Below, one piece after another: positions 26,852 through 35,945 of a stretch of 64,000 nucleotides of DNA. The notes under the pieces were generated by a model, which saw only the letters and a program-made list of their open reading frames with translations, was not told where the DNA came from and did no database searches. Each line of letters opens with the position of its first letter. The stretch's first letter is position 1. Location: NCBI GenBank assembly GCA_051251855.1, contig JBPOGI010000003.1:224001-288000 (forward strand). The letters are read 5' to 3'. A program made the translations under genes and the position numbers. The stretch is from Roseibacillus sp. (lineage in GTDB: Bacteria; Verrucomicrobiota; Verrucomicrobiia; Verrucomicrobiales; Akkermansiaceae).

Positions 26852-27292
26852 TTAAGAGTTTTTGCTAGTTCGATAGGCGCGTGCGAGGCACCCAGCTCCG
26901 GCTGCGATCATCACAAAAATCAAGAGTAGACTAGTGGTCTTCATATTGAGGACAAAACGAATACGGCTGAGGATTTCGATGACGATGATAGCCAATCCGG
27001 AAGTTGCCAGCCACCAAGCCCACTTCTTGGTAGCATCGTAGAAGAGGACGGCAGCGCCGATGAGGAAAGGAACAAAGATGATGCCCATTGAGGTGGTCGT
27101 ACCCATCCCTCCACGCCTGCCCATCATGCCGGAGACGGCACCGAAGTCGCCACTGACTACTCGAACAGAATCTAACAAGAGATAGAGTCCGACAGCACAA
27201 AGGGTAAGTCCTCCTCCGGTAAGAAAGAGCGTCTCGCCACCTTCGGTGCCGCCGGGTTTGAGATTGGGGGAAGGGGATTGGTTCTCACTCAT
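26852..27292 (-). CDS. Hypothetical membrane protein
   Basis: About four hydrophobic helices; PGGTEGG N-terminal motif. Confidence 0.75.
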   Translation of the reverse strand: MSENQSPSPNLKPGGTEGGETLFLTGGGLTLCAVGLYLLLDSVRVVSGDFGAVSGMMGRRGGMGTTTSMGIIFVPFLIGAAVLFYDATKKWAWWLATSGLAIIVIEILSRIRFVLNMKTTSLLLIFVMIAAGAGCLARAYRTSKNS

Positions 27293-28382
27293 TTATTTTT
27301 GATTCTTCAATGTTTGCCCAGCGGACTGCGAGCAACTCTTCGATTAATACCCCTCGCTCGCCCTTTGCATTTTTGGGGAATTTGACCCTGAGAAAGAGGG
27401 GTTCGGGCATTCCGCTGCCAGACCGTTGTACTATTCGAAAGTGGTTAGCCATTCGCAAACCAGAGGGGCTGTCACGCTCGATGTAACCAAAAAGAAACTC
27501 ATCATTGTCGCGGAAGGTCAGCTTGATGCACTGGTATTTGCTGCTGTCGGAGAACTCGTAGACGTAGAAATTATCTGGTTTTGCGAATACGCGAAGGTCT
27601 ACGGAATGGCTGGGTTTTTCTGCCACGTAATCATCAATGTCGACTGGCTGGTAGCAGGCATCGGACTCCCAATCGATGGTGATGTTGAGATCAGTATCGG
27701 CTTCGGCGAGAAAGATCTTGTTCGAACTATCTGGAAAAGAAGAAGTGAGAATGACGAACGAACTGGATTCGATGGGAAGAGCATACTGACTTATCAGCTT
27801 AGCCCCTTCTTTGGGAATGAGAGGTTGATCTTTGTAGTGGTCTCTCATGAGGGGTTCCACCCGCTCGGGTTGGCGAACAAAGACCAATTTTTCTTCAATC
27901 GTACTAGCAGAGGTGTAGCTTTCTAGCGCTTCTGTCAGGGCCTCGACGATGTCGCGCGCTTCTTCTTTCTCTTGGAGGGTTGACTGCAGATTAGCGCGCG
28001 AGCGGTCTTGCATGGAGTGAAGGGAATTACGGTCCCGTCCACCGAGGGCTAGGAAAACACCCGCTGCTAGAAGGAGAAGGAAGGCCGCGACAGCTAGGAA
28101 AAAGATGACAGGAGGAATTCGCAGGGGCGCCGCTGGTTGCGAAGAGGCAGTGGATTCTGCATCCGCCTCTGGGGGTGAGTTTTCTTTGGAAAGAAGTGAG
28201 GGGGACTCACCACCGTCGAGATCGCGAGCGATGGCGTTGGCTTCATGGGTTCGACGAAGATTGGCCTTCTTTCGTGGGGCGGGTGTCTTTTGAGCCTCCC
28301 CGCCAAGACGATGAACGGAGTCGTTCTCGTCAACGACTTTCAGTTGGGGTTTCTTCCGGCCTCTGTGATTTTCCTCCGCCAC
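27285..28382 (-). CDS. Hypothetical single-pass membrane protein
   Basis: 365-aa ORF, one TM segment, overlaps the next gene's start. Confidence 0.75.
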   Translation of the reverse strand: MAEENHRGRKKPQLKVVDENDSVHRLGGEAQKTPAPRKKANLRRTHEANAIARDLDGGESPSLLSKENSPPEADAESTASSQPAAPLRIPPVIFFLAVAAFLLLLAAGVFLALGGRDRNSLHSMQDRSRANLQSTLQEKEEARDIVEALTEALESYTSASTIEEKLVFVRQPERVEPLMRDHYKDQPLIPKEGAKLISQYALPIESSSFVILTSSFPDSSNKIFLAEADTDLNITIDWESDACYQPVDIDDYVAEKPSHSVDLRVFAKPDNFYVYEFSDSSKYQCIKLTFRDNDEFLFGYIERDSPSGLRMANHFRIVQRSGSGMPEPLFLRVKFPKNAKGERGVLIEELLAVRWANIEESKINE

Positions 28383-28451
28383 GTTCCTTAATGATGTCTG
28401 AAAAACTCGTGTTAGGCAACCCTGCGCCCCGATAGAACCGTCTTTCTACTA

Positions 28452-29555
28452 ATGGGTAGGCTTCCACGAATCTTGATCGTGACCGCCGGTTACGGTGAGG
28501 GTCATAATAGCGCCGCGCGAGGTTTGGCTGCCGCGTTGGAAGGCCGTGCCGAAGTGTTGGTGACGGATCCTTGTGCTGAGGGTGCTCCGGAATTGAATGA
28601 GGTCTTGCGAAGAGGCTATCGCACAATGACCACCTATTCGCCGGCCATTTGGGACTGGGTCTATCGAGCGGCCGAGCGCCATGACTTTACGAAGGAAACC
28701 TTTGACGTGTTGCGCAAGCCAGAGGGGGCGCTGGCGGAGAAAGTGGAACAGTTTCAGCCTGATGGCATTATTTCGACTTATCCCCTGTATCCATATTTTA
28801 CGGAGAGATTGCGCAAACGTGGGAAATGGAAGGGTAAAGTCTTCACTGTGGTTACGGATTCGATAAATATTAACAATGCATGGTTACAAGCGCCGACCGA
28901 CTACTGGTTGGTGACAGATGGGCTGACGCGGCGAATGATGGTGGGGCGGGGGATTCCCGAGGAAAAGGTCGTGGAGACGGGATTCCCTGTTTCGCCTGTG
29001 TTCCGAGCACTGAATCCTTTGACCTCCAGGTCATCGACGGACCCATTCAAAGTTCTTTATTTTACAACGGGCAGAAAGCCTCAAATCTCATCCGTAGGGC
29101 ATCCGGTACTGGAGTGTCCTGGAACTCACCTCACATTGATTCTAGGGAGTAATGTGCGTCGGCTCTACCGCTCCGCTCGGGAATTGGAGGCCAAATATCC
29201 GGGGCGAGTCCGGATATTGGGATGGTCGCGTAAGATTCCGACCCACCTCTGCCAGCACCATCTTGCCATTGGCAAAGCGGGTGGAGCGACCGTGCACGAG
29301 TGTATCGCGGCCTCAACGCCAATGCTGATTCATCACTTGGTACCGGGTCAGGAAGAGGGAAATCTGGAACTTTTGCGCTCAATCGGTGGAGGTGACCTTG
29401 CTGATAGTCCAGAAAAACTGAAATTAAAGCTACAAGAGCTGCTTGCCAACGACTGCAAGGGATGGAAACGTTGGAAGCGTAACCTCGCTAAAGCATCGCG
29501 GCCCCAGTCCGCGACTATCACCGCACAATTTGTGCTGGAGAAGTTGGCAGAGTAA
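28452..29555 (+). CDS. MGDG synthase/UgtP-family glycosyltransferase (GT28)
   Basis: TAGYGEGHNSAA, ISTYP, VVTD, TGFPV, KAGGAT, PGQEEGN. Confidence 0.88.
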   Translation: MGRLPRILIVTAGYGEGHNSAARGLAAALEGRAEVLVTDPCAEGAPELNEVLRRGYRTMTTYSPAIWDWVYRAAERHDFTKETFDVLRKPEGALAEKVEQFQPDGIISTYPLYPYFTERLRKRGKWKGKVFTVVTDSININNAWLQAPTDYWLVTDGLTRRMMVGRGIPEEKVVETGFPVSPVFRALNPLTSRSSTDPFKVLYFTTGRKPQISSVGHPVLECPGTHLTLILGSNVRRLYRSARELEAKYPGRVRILGWSRKIPTHLCQHHLAIGKAGGATVHECIAASTPMLIHHLVPGQEEGNLELLRSIGGGDLADSPEKLKLKLQELLANDCKGWKRWKRNLAKASRPQSATITAQFVLEKLAE

Positions 29556-29563
29556 AATCGATT

Positions 29564-30166
29564 ATGAAAAAAGCGGCCCTTGTTGATATCGGAAACGTCA
29601 TTCTTCACGTGGACTTTAAGACTTCGTTGCGGCGGCTTGTGCCACCTGAATTAGCTGACCCAGTAGGGCGTATTTATTCTCTTCTTGAGAAGAAAGATGA
29701 TTTCGAAGCAGGGAAGGTTTCTGACCAAGACTTTGTCACGTGGGCAAGTGGGAAACTTCAGTTCGAGGGAAGTGGAGAGGAATTCGTAGCGGCTTGGAAT
29801 GATATCTTTAGCCCCAATATGCCTATGTGGGAGACGCTGCGTGATCTCAAGTCACGGGGCTTTCAGCTCATCTTGTTCAGTAACACTAACCAGATGCATG
29901 CCGACTTTTTTCTCAAAGAGTATGCTGAGGTCTTTGACCTGTTTGAGGGGCAGGTGTTTTCGCATCAAGCAGGCGCGGTGAAGCCAGACCCTGCTATCTA
30001 CCATCATGCCTTCGAGAAATACGACTTGGTTCCTGAGGACACGCTCTACTTTGATGATCTACCCGAGAATATCACCACGGGCTTACAGCTGGGCTTGAAA
30101 GCTTGGCGCTATCGGGCGGATAGCCATGAAGCCCTCACCAAATGGCTGGTGGAGACTCTAGATTGA
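29564..30166 (+). CDS. HAD-family phosphatase (YihX-like)
   Basis: DIGNVI, SNTN, KPDPAIY, FDD. Confidence 0.88.
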   Translation: MKKAALVDIGNVILHVDFKTSLRRLVPPELADPVGRIYSLLEKKDDFEAGKVSDQDFVTWASGKLQFEGSGEEFVAAWNDIFSPNMPMWETLRDLKSRGFQLILFSNTNQMHADFFLKEYAEVFDLFEGQVFSHQAGAVKPDPAIYHHAFEKYDLVPEDTLYFDDLPENITTGLQLGLKAWRYRADSHEALTKWLVETLD

Positions 30167-30192
30167 TCAGCAGCTGAGCAGAGCATGCCTTG

Positions 30193-30804
30193 TTAGGCAG
30201 GTGAGGCATCGGACTTGCGACGAATGCGCTGCCAACCTTTCTGGAAGAGGGAGCTCGATTTCCAGACCAGCCATCCGGCTGCGAGCACTACTAGGAGGAA
30301 GAAAAAGAAGGCAGGGATAGGAGCAAATGCCATGAGTCCCAAACCTCCCAAGACGAGACCATCTTCGGCGGTGCTGGCTGCAATGTTAGAAACAGGTTCG
30401 GGAGAGAGGTTGATGAATAAGCGTCCGCCAGCTTTCGCTAAATGAGTGGTGAGAGAGGTTCCGCCAGCAAGGAGTGCGGCAATCACAGAGATGGCGGGGT
30501 CCAGTTCGCCCAAGGCGGCAAGAGCTAGTAGGACACCACCAATGGGTCGAACGATGGTGTGGACGAGATCCCACGTCGAATCTACCCAGGGGATCTTGTC
30601 GGCGAAAAACTCGATAGTGAACAGCACGCCAGAGACCCCAATGACCCAAGGGTCGGCGAGGATTTCAAGTTGCTCGTATTTACTTGCGAGAGAAAGCCAG
30701 TCGAAGCGAATGGCTAAGCCTGCGATGAAGGTGGTGAGATAGAGGTTGATCCCGGCCAAAGTGGCAAAGCCGAGCGCGACCCCCAATTGTTCAAGGATGT
30801 CCAT
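30193..30804 (-). CDS. DUF4126 membrane protein
   Basis: AGINLY, EFFADKIPWVDSTWD, SPEPVSN..S..ED. Confidence 0.88.
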   Translation of the reverse strand: MDILEQLGVALGFATLAGINLYLTTFIAGLAIRFDWLSLASKYEQLEILADPWVIGVSGVLFTIEFFADKIPWVDSTWDLVHTIVRPIGGVLLALAALGELDPAISVIAALLAGGTSLTTHLAKAGGRLFINLSPEPVSNIAASTAEDGLVLGGLGLMAFAPIPAFFFFLLVVLAAGWLVWKSSSLFQKGWQRIRRKSDASPA

Positions 30805-30882
30805 GTGTGCTAAAGTAGAACGATCTAAGGGGGCCGGCGATTCGAAAAAAGAAGGGGCTTTGTAGTCGCGAGTGTCCCCACC

Positions 30883-32226
30883 CTATTTTTCGAAGAGCGC
30901 TTGGACGGCGTTCAAGTAGTAGTCGATGGGGCCGGGGTAAGAGGGGTTTTCGGTTTCGAGCTCCTTTTTGAGGCGCTGATAGTCGCGAAATTCGCCAGTG
31001 AGCTGGGTGGCATTGGCGATTTGATACCAATCCAGATAGTCGCGAGTGCGTTCGCCGACTTGCTTGAGAATGGCGCGCTTTTCTTCTAAAATCGTGAGCA
31101 GCTCGACGAGGTCCGCTTCATCACCAGCCGCGAGCTGCCTGATGATGCGGATGTAGCCAGAGAGAATGTCGCGATAGGAGGGAAAGCATCGAAAGGAAAG
31201 GAGGCTTACGCGCTCGAGCATTGGAGAGAGGATGAGGTTTCGGTCTTCTTCGGGCAGAGCCAGAATATCCTGAAAAGCAATCAGGCGATAGACACGCCCT
31301 TCTCCATTGCCGCTGTCTAAGGTGCCTTGGAGGACTTCGGAGAGGGCTATCTCGGTCTCAAGCGGGGTGAGGGTTTCGCTGACGAACTCTTGGGTGAGGT
31401 TGGCCAGTTGCAAGGCCCACTGCTTGGCGAGTCCTTCTTCAGAGAGGCCCATCGTGAAGAAGCTATTTCGGAAAAGAAGAAACTGTTCTCCCTCGTAAGC
31501 TGGGGCGGTGGCGAGATAGTCGAGAAAGGTTTTCGAACCTCCGTTTTGATTCACAATAGACATGAAAAAAGCACCCGCCGAGATGCGAAACGCGGTGCGC
31601 TCGGCAGCATCAAGTTTGGATAGATCTTCCAGAGTGACCATCCTTTCGATGTCCATCATCATGTTGTTACTAAAGAGCGCTTTGTAGAGTCCACGGTCTG
31701 CCTCGCCGTCTCGCCACGCCATTCTCTCTAACATGCCGGTGATGATCCAAGGGGCGACTTTGACTCTTTGATCGTCGCGGAGGTCTTTGCTGAGGCAGCT
31801 GTCCATCAAGAGGCACTCCAACGCTTTCTCGCGAAGAAATTGACGGTTGATTCCTTTGGACATATCGAGGTTGAGCTCGATGCGAAAGCGATCTGACCCT
31901 TCGACCTTTCGGCGCTGAATAGCGAAAGGGCGTTTCTGAGGGGGAGATCCCATACGGCCAAACAGAGTGATGAAGAAGTCGTTGCGCAGGGGGAAGAGGT
32001 CCTCGCTGCTTTTGGCCTCGGGGTCTTTGAGGATGAGGTTCAGTTCGTTGCGGAGGGAGGAGACTTGAGAAAGGACGGCGGTGATCGAGCGGTTTTCTTC
32101 TCCGAAAACGATGACTCGGTCATCAGCGGAAATCACTCTACCAAGAGGCGCTTTCGCTTCTTTTTCTTGGGCACAAACCTGAAGACTCCCCGCAATGAGG
32201 ACGAGGAGAAGCAGGCAGCGTTTCAT
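30883..32226 (-). CDS. Hypothetical secreted protein
   Basis: Long ORF with signal peptide from ATG 32226. Confidence 0.75.
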   Translation of the reverse strand: MKRCLLLLVLIAGSLQVCAQEKEAKAPLGRVISADDRVIVFGEENRSITAVLSQVSSLRNELNLILKDPEAKSSEDLFPLRNDFFITLFGRMGSPPQKRPFAIQRRKVEGSDRFRIELNLDMSKGINRQFLREKALECLLMDSCLSKDLRDDQRVKVAPWIITGMLERMAWRDGEADRGLYKALFSNNMMMDIERMVTLEDLSKLDAAERTAFRISAGAFFMSIVNQNGGSKTFLDYLATAPAYEGEQFLLFRNSFFTMGLSEEGLAKQWALQLANLTQEFVSETLTPLETEIALSEVLQGTLDSGNGEGRVYRLIAFQDILALPEEDRNLILSPMLERVSLLSFRCFPSYRDILSGYIRIIRQLAAGDEADLVELLTILEEKRAILKQVGERTRDYLDWYQIANATQLTGEFRDYQRLKKELETENPSYPGPIDYYLNAVQALFEK

Positions 32227-32239
32227 GAGAAAAAGAGTT

Positions 32240-32890
32240 CTAAAGACCATCGATACCAAGGTCGCTATCGGTGGAGCGAGGCTCGAAGGAGACTTTGCCT
32301 TCTTCAAATTCAATGGTGGCCTTTCCTTGGAGAAGGCTTTTAAGCGATCTCATCTCTGGAGCCATTGCTTTGGCCAACTCTTCATAGCTGCTCATCACAA
32401 GGAGGAGGTAGCCTTGCATGACCGGCATTTGACCGAGGCGGCCGCCCCGCCAGTGAATGTTGGTGCTCATCTGGTTGTTGCCTTCAATGAGCTGCTCAAT
32501 CTCTACATTCATCGCAATGGTGTGGAGACGGTTGAAGGCTTCGCGCTCGAAGACGACTTCCGCTGAACCTTCCTTGAACCGAATCCAAGTGCCGCGATAG
32601 CTCACCGATTTGCCGAGCACTCCTTCTTGGGTGCCCTTCACTTTGCTAGCGACCCATTGGTTGACTTCTTCTTCGGTGAGCGTGACTTGGATGCCTTGGC
32701 TCGCCGCGTTTTCGAGGACTCGTTCGAGGTTCCGAGCGGGTGGGGTGCTGGTGCCATCCTCGTTGCGACCTTCTAAATCGGAGAGGTCTTGCGGCAAGAA
32801 CGAGAGGGTGATGGCGGTAAAAAGGAAAACCAAAAGCGCGAGCGCGAGAAGGAGCACCGCTGATTGAAACCGTTTAGACCGTTCTGCCAT
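32240..32890 (-). CDS. Hypothetical membrane-anchored protein
   Basis: N-terminal TM helix; operon-like spacing. Confidence 0.7.
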   Translation of the reverse strand: MAERSKRFQSAVLLLALALLVFLFTAITLSFLPQDLSDLEGRNEDGTSTPPARNLERVLENAASQGIQVTLTEEEVNQWVASKVKGTQEGVLGKSVSYRGTWIRFKEGSAEVVFEREAFNRLHTIAMNVEIEQLIEGNNQMSTNIHWRGGRLGQMPVMQGYLLLVMSSYEELAKAMAPEMRSLKSLLQGKATIEFEEGKVSFEPRSTDSDLGIDGL

Positions 32891-32927
32891 AGGCAAGGGT
32901 TACCAGATTGAGAGCGGGACTCAAATT

Positions 32928-34739
32928 CTAAAACTCCATGCGAATTCCTCCAAAGGCCCCGAAGCCGCGAGTGGGAACTCCCAAGACCTCTTGATAATCC
33001 TCATTGAAAGCGTTCTCGATTCTACCGGTGAGGGTAACCGCATCGGTGAGGTCGTAGCTGGCATAGGCTCGGGCGAGAATCGAGGAGTCGATGCTCACTC
33101 GGCCAGCGGGGAAGGAGGCAAAGTCTAGGTCAATGCGCTCGGAGTTGTAGCTAGCACCAAAGCCGATGGTGAAACGCTCGTTGGGATGCAGGGCGAGGTC
33201 GGCGCTCGCAGTCCATTCGGGACGCCGGACCAGACGTTGGCCGGTGGTCTTGTCTTCGGCTTCGAAGAGATAGGTGAGGGCTGCTACGAGTTCGACTTTT
33301 TGCTCAAACCACGAGCCCCGTAGGTTGCCTTCGAGCCCCTTGAGCTTTGCCTGCCCAACGTTGCTAGGGGAAAAGTCGATGAGGTTTTTAATATCGTTCT
33401 GAAAGTAGGTCAAATCGACAAGAAAGCTCTCTCCCAAGGTCCACTCGACCCCCGCATCCCATCCCCGCGACCGCTCGGGTTCGAGGTCGGGGTTTCCCTC
33501 GAAAAAGAAGGCCGGAATACTGCCATAGAGTTCGAAAAAAGAAGGGGCACGAAAGCCAGTGCCATAGCTGCCATGAACGCGAAGACCCGAATCAGGGATG
33601 GTGTAAGTGGCGGTTCCGCGCCAGGTGAAGACTTCCTCCCAAGCCTCGAACCACTCGCCGCGCCCACCTAATCCAAAGACCAATCCTTCGGTAGGCTCCC
33701 AGAGGTGATTGATATAGGCGGCGCCGAGCCAGACGGATTCATCGACACCACCAGTCTCGTAGTCCTGCCATTCGGTGAGCAAGCCGGCGGCAGTGCGATG
33801 TTGCTCCGACCACTCGAGTTCGTTACGCCACTCGAGCGAAGCTTTGTTACTGCTGCTGCCGAAGGGAAAGGGCCCGCGCTCTTCGAATTCATCACGATAG
33901 AAACCCAGCGTGAGGCTCCAGTCCCAGATGTCTGATTGCGCGCGCTCGAGGTAGATCGAGCCGAGGATGGATTCGCGCTCGTCGGTTGCATAGGAGTTGC
34001 CTGAAGGATTTTGGTATTCGCTCCAGCCATAGCGCAAAGTAGTGCCAACTACGGTCTGGTCATTGAGGTCGGTCTCCAAGCGGATGGCTGATTGAGTCTG
34101 TTGGAAGTTGTTGTTAGGGCGGTCGTTCTCGGTGCGTTCACCACCGAGTCCAACGAAATAACGGAGGCCATCGGTCTCGCCTCCAATACGCAGTCCCGAG
34201 CGAACGGAGCCGAAGCTCCCTGCTTCTAAGAACCAGCTGTTCGATTCCACTTCTTCGCCTCGTCCCGTTTCCTGGCTCACAACCCCTCCGATGGCAGCGC
34301 TCCCGTAGAGAGCGCTTTGGGGTCCGCGTAGGATTCCCAGTTGACCCCCACCTGCGAGGCTGTCGGCACCCAAAAGATTGCTGGGGGCGTTATTCGAATC
34401 GGTGACGCGGAGCCCATCAACGAGGAAAAGAGTATGGTCGGACTCGGTACCTCGCAAGCGGAGCGCGGAGATGGAGCCTCGCTGACCACCTTCGGAAGCC
34501 ACCTGAACACCGGGAACTTGGCGGAGGGCGTCTTCGAGTCGGTATATTCCTTTTCTCTCAAGGTCTTCAGTCGCCAATTGAGTGAAGGCAGGGGCGACTT
34601 TGTGAGCGGGCTCTTCAAGGCGATTCGCGATGACGACGGTCTCGGGAAGAGTGACGGATTCGAAGAGATCTTGGCCCAGAGAGATACTGGGGCAAGCGAG
34701 CAGGAGAGCGCTGTGAAGCGCGGTCTTTTTCTGGTTCAT
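32928..34739 (-). CDS. btuB: TonB-dependent receptor, probable cobalamin transporter (BtuB-like)
   Basis: TonB box ETVVIANR, plug domain (LRGPQSALYGS.AIGGV), GFRAPSF.EL, C-terminal F; preceded by a cobalamin riboswitch. Confidence 0.85.
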   Translation of the reverse strand: MNQKKTALHSALLLACPSISLGQDLFESVTLPETVVIANRLEEPAHKVAPAFTQLATEDLERKGIYRLEDALRQVPGVQVASEGGQRGSISALRLRGTESDHTLFLVDGLRVTDSNNAPSNLLGADSLAGGGQLGILRGPQSALYGSAAIGGVVSQETGRGEEVESNSWFLEAGSFGSVRSGLRIGGETDGLRYFVGLGGERTENDRPNNNFQQTQSAIRLETDLNDQTVVGTTLRYGWSEYQNPSGNSYATDERESILGSIYLERAQSDIWDWSLTLGFYRDEFEERGPFPFGSSSNKASLEWRNELEWSEQHRTAAGLLTEWQDYETGGVDESVWLGAAYINHLWEPTEGLVFGLGGRGEWFEAWEEVFTWRGTATYTIPDSGLRVHGSYGTGFRAPSFFELYGSIPAFFFEGNPDLEPERSRGWDAGVEWTLGESFLVDLTYFQNDIKNLIDFSPSNVGQAKLKGLEGNLRGSWFEQKVELVAALTYLFEAEDKTTGQRLVRRPEWTASADLALHPNERFTIGFGASYNSERIDLDFASFPAGRVSIDSSILARAYASYDLTDAVTLTGRIENAFNEDYQEVLGVPTRGFGAFGGIRMEF

Positions 34740-34782
34740 GTATTGTGTTCGTAGCCTGTGTTCCGCAGGTGATTTCAAACGG

Positions 34783-34890
34783 TCTTGACAGGCTGGCGAT
34801 CTGGCTCTTCTACAGATGTAGAAATACAGTGGCGGCACCGCTCCGGATTCACACCGGATTCCCCATAGGGCCTCTCAAAACACCTCGGCT
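34783..34890 (-). promoter_or_regulatory. Cobalamin riboswitch (compact form)
   Basis: Minus strand reads GGGGAATCCGGTGTGAATCCGGAGCGGTGCCGCCACTGTA...GAGCCAGATCGCC, directly upstream of the TonB receptor; boundaries approximate. Confidence 0.9.
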
Positions 34891-34964
34891 TTCCCGAGGT
34901 GCGAGGAGAAGAACAGAAACGAGCGAAAGGTCAATGATTCAGCAACTCGTGTTTTTGGCAAGCT

Positions 34965-35076
34965 GTGGCGCGTGCCTCTGGCGCGCGAGAGTAAAGACGG
35001 TCGTCCTCGACCGGCAGAGTTTCAGGCAGTCGAGACGCCTGCCTTTGACCTTCGCGGCCCGGAGGACCGCGCCACG
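34965..35076. repeat. REP module, left flank of RAYT
   Basis: GTGG+CGCGTGCC-TCT-GGCGCGCG ... CGCGGCCC-GGA-GGACCGCG+CCAC; inverted copy at 35810-35925. Confidence 0.85.
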
Positions 35077-35123
35077 GGTAGGAATATCTTGACGATTGAT
35101 ACTCGTTTGAACACTTTTTAAAT

Positions 35124-35786
35124 ATGAACTCCGTTCCCTTTGTTCCGTTCAATTGCTTGAAAACTAAGGTCGAGAAAAGCAAGTCACGTCTTCCTCATTG
35201 GAGTCGAGAAGGAGCCACTCACTTTGTCACTTTCCGACTCGCGGATGCTATTCCTGCAGAGGCTAAGAAGCAATGGCGGCAAAAGCGTGAGGAGTGGTTG
35301 GCGAGATGTGGGACTTCTTCCGATGAGCAGAATTGGTTTGGTAGACTCACTGCCGAGCAGCGGCGTGAATATCGCAGTAAGTTTGGGGCGACTTTCGAAA
35401 AAATGATGGATCGAGGACAGGGAGAATGCCTTTTGAGAAAAGAGGCCAACGCAGGAATTTTAGCGGAGTGTCTTCACCACTTTGATGGGGAGAAGTATTT
35501 TCTCGGAGACTATGTGATTATGCCCAATCATGTTCATGTTTTGGTGATTCCGCTGGGAGAAAATATCCTTCATCAGATAGTGGGGGCTTGGAAGGGCTTT
35601 TCGTCGCGGCAGATGAATCAGAAGGAAGGAAGAAGCGGAGCGCTCTGGCAGCGTGAGAGTTTTGACCATGCTGTTCGGACAGAGAGGCAATTACAGCGGT
35701 TCGTCGACTATATTGCGGACAATCCCCTGAAGGCGGGGCTGTCTCCAGAGAGTTGTCGTCGGTATCAGGTTGAGTGGAAGCGGTAG
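35124..35786 (+). mobile_element. REP-associated tyrosine transposase (RAYT, HUH Y1)
   Basis: RLPHW..GATHFVTFRLAD, YVIMPNHVH (HUH), LWQRESFDHAVR, catalytic YI.DNP. Confidence 0.92.
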
Positions 35787-35809
35787 CTTGATAAAGCCCG
35801 GAAAAAATG

Positions 35810-35925
35810 CGTGGCGCGGCTCTCTGGGCCGCGAAGGTTGAGGGCAGGCGTCTCAACTGTCCGGAGGGGTTCTTCCGGTCGAGGGCGACCGTGCCCATTC
35901 TCGCACGCCGGAGGCACGCGCTACG
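35810..35925. repeat. REP module, right flank of RAYT
   Basis: Reverse complement aligns along its full length with 34965-35076; GTGG/GTAG ends. Confidence 0.85.
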
Positions 35926-35945
35926 TCGGGAAATTCTGGCGAATA

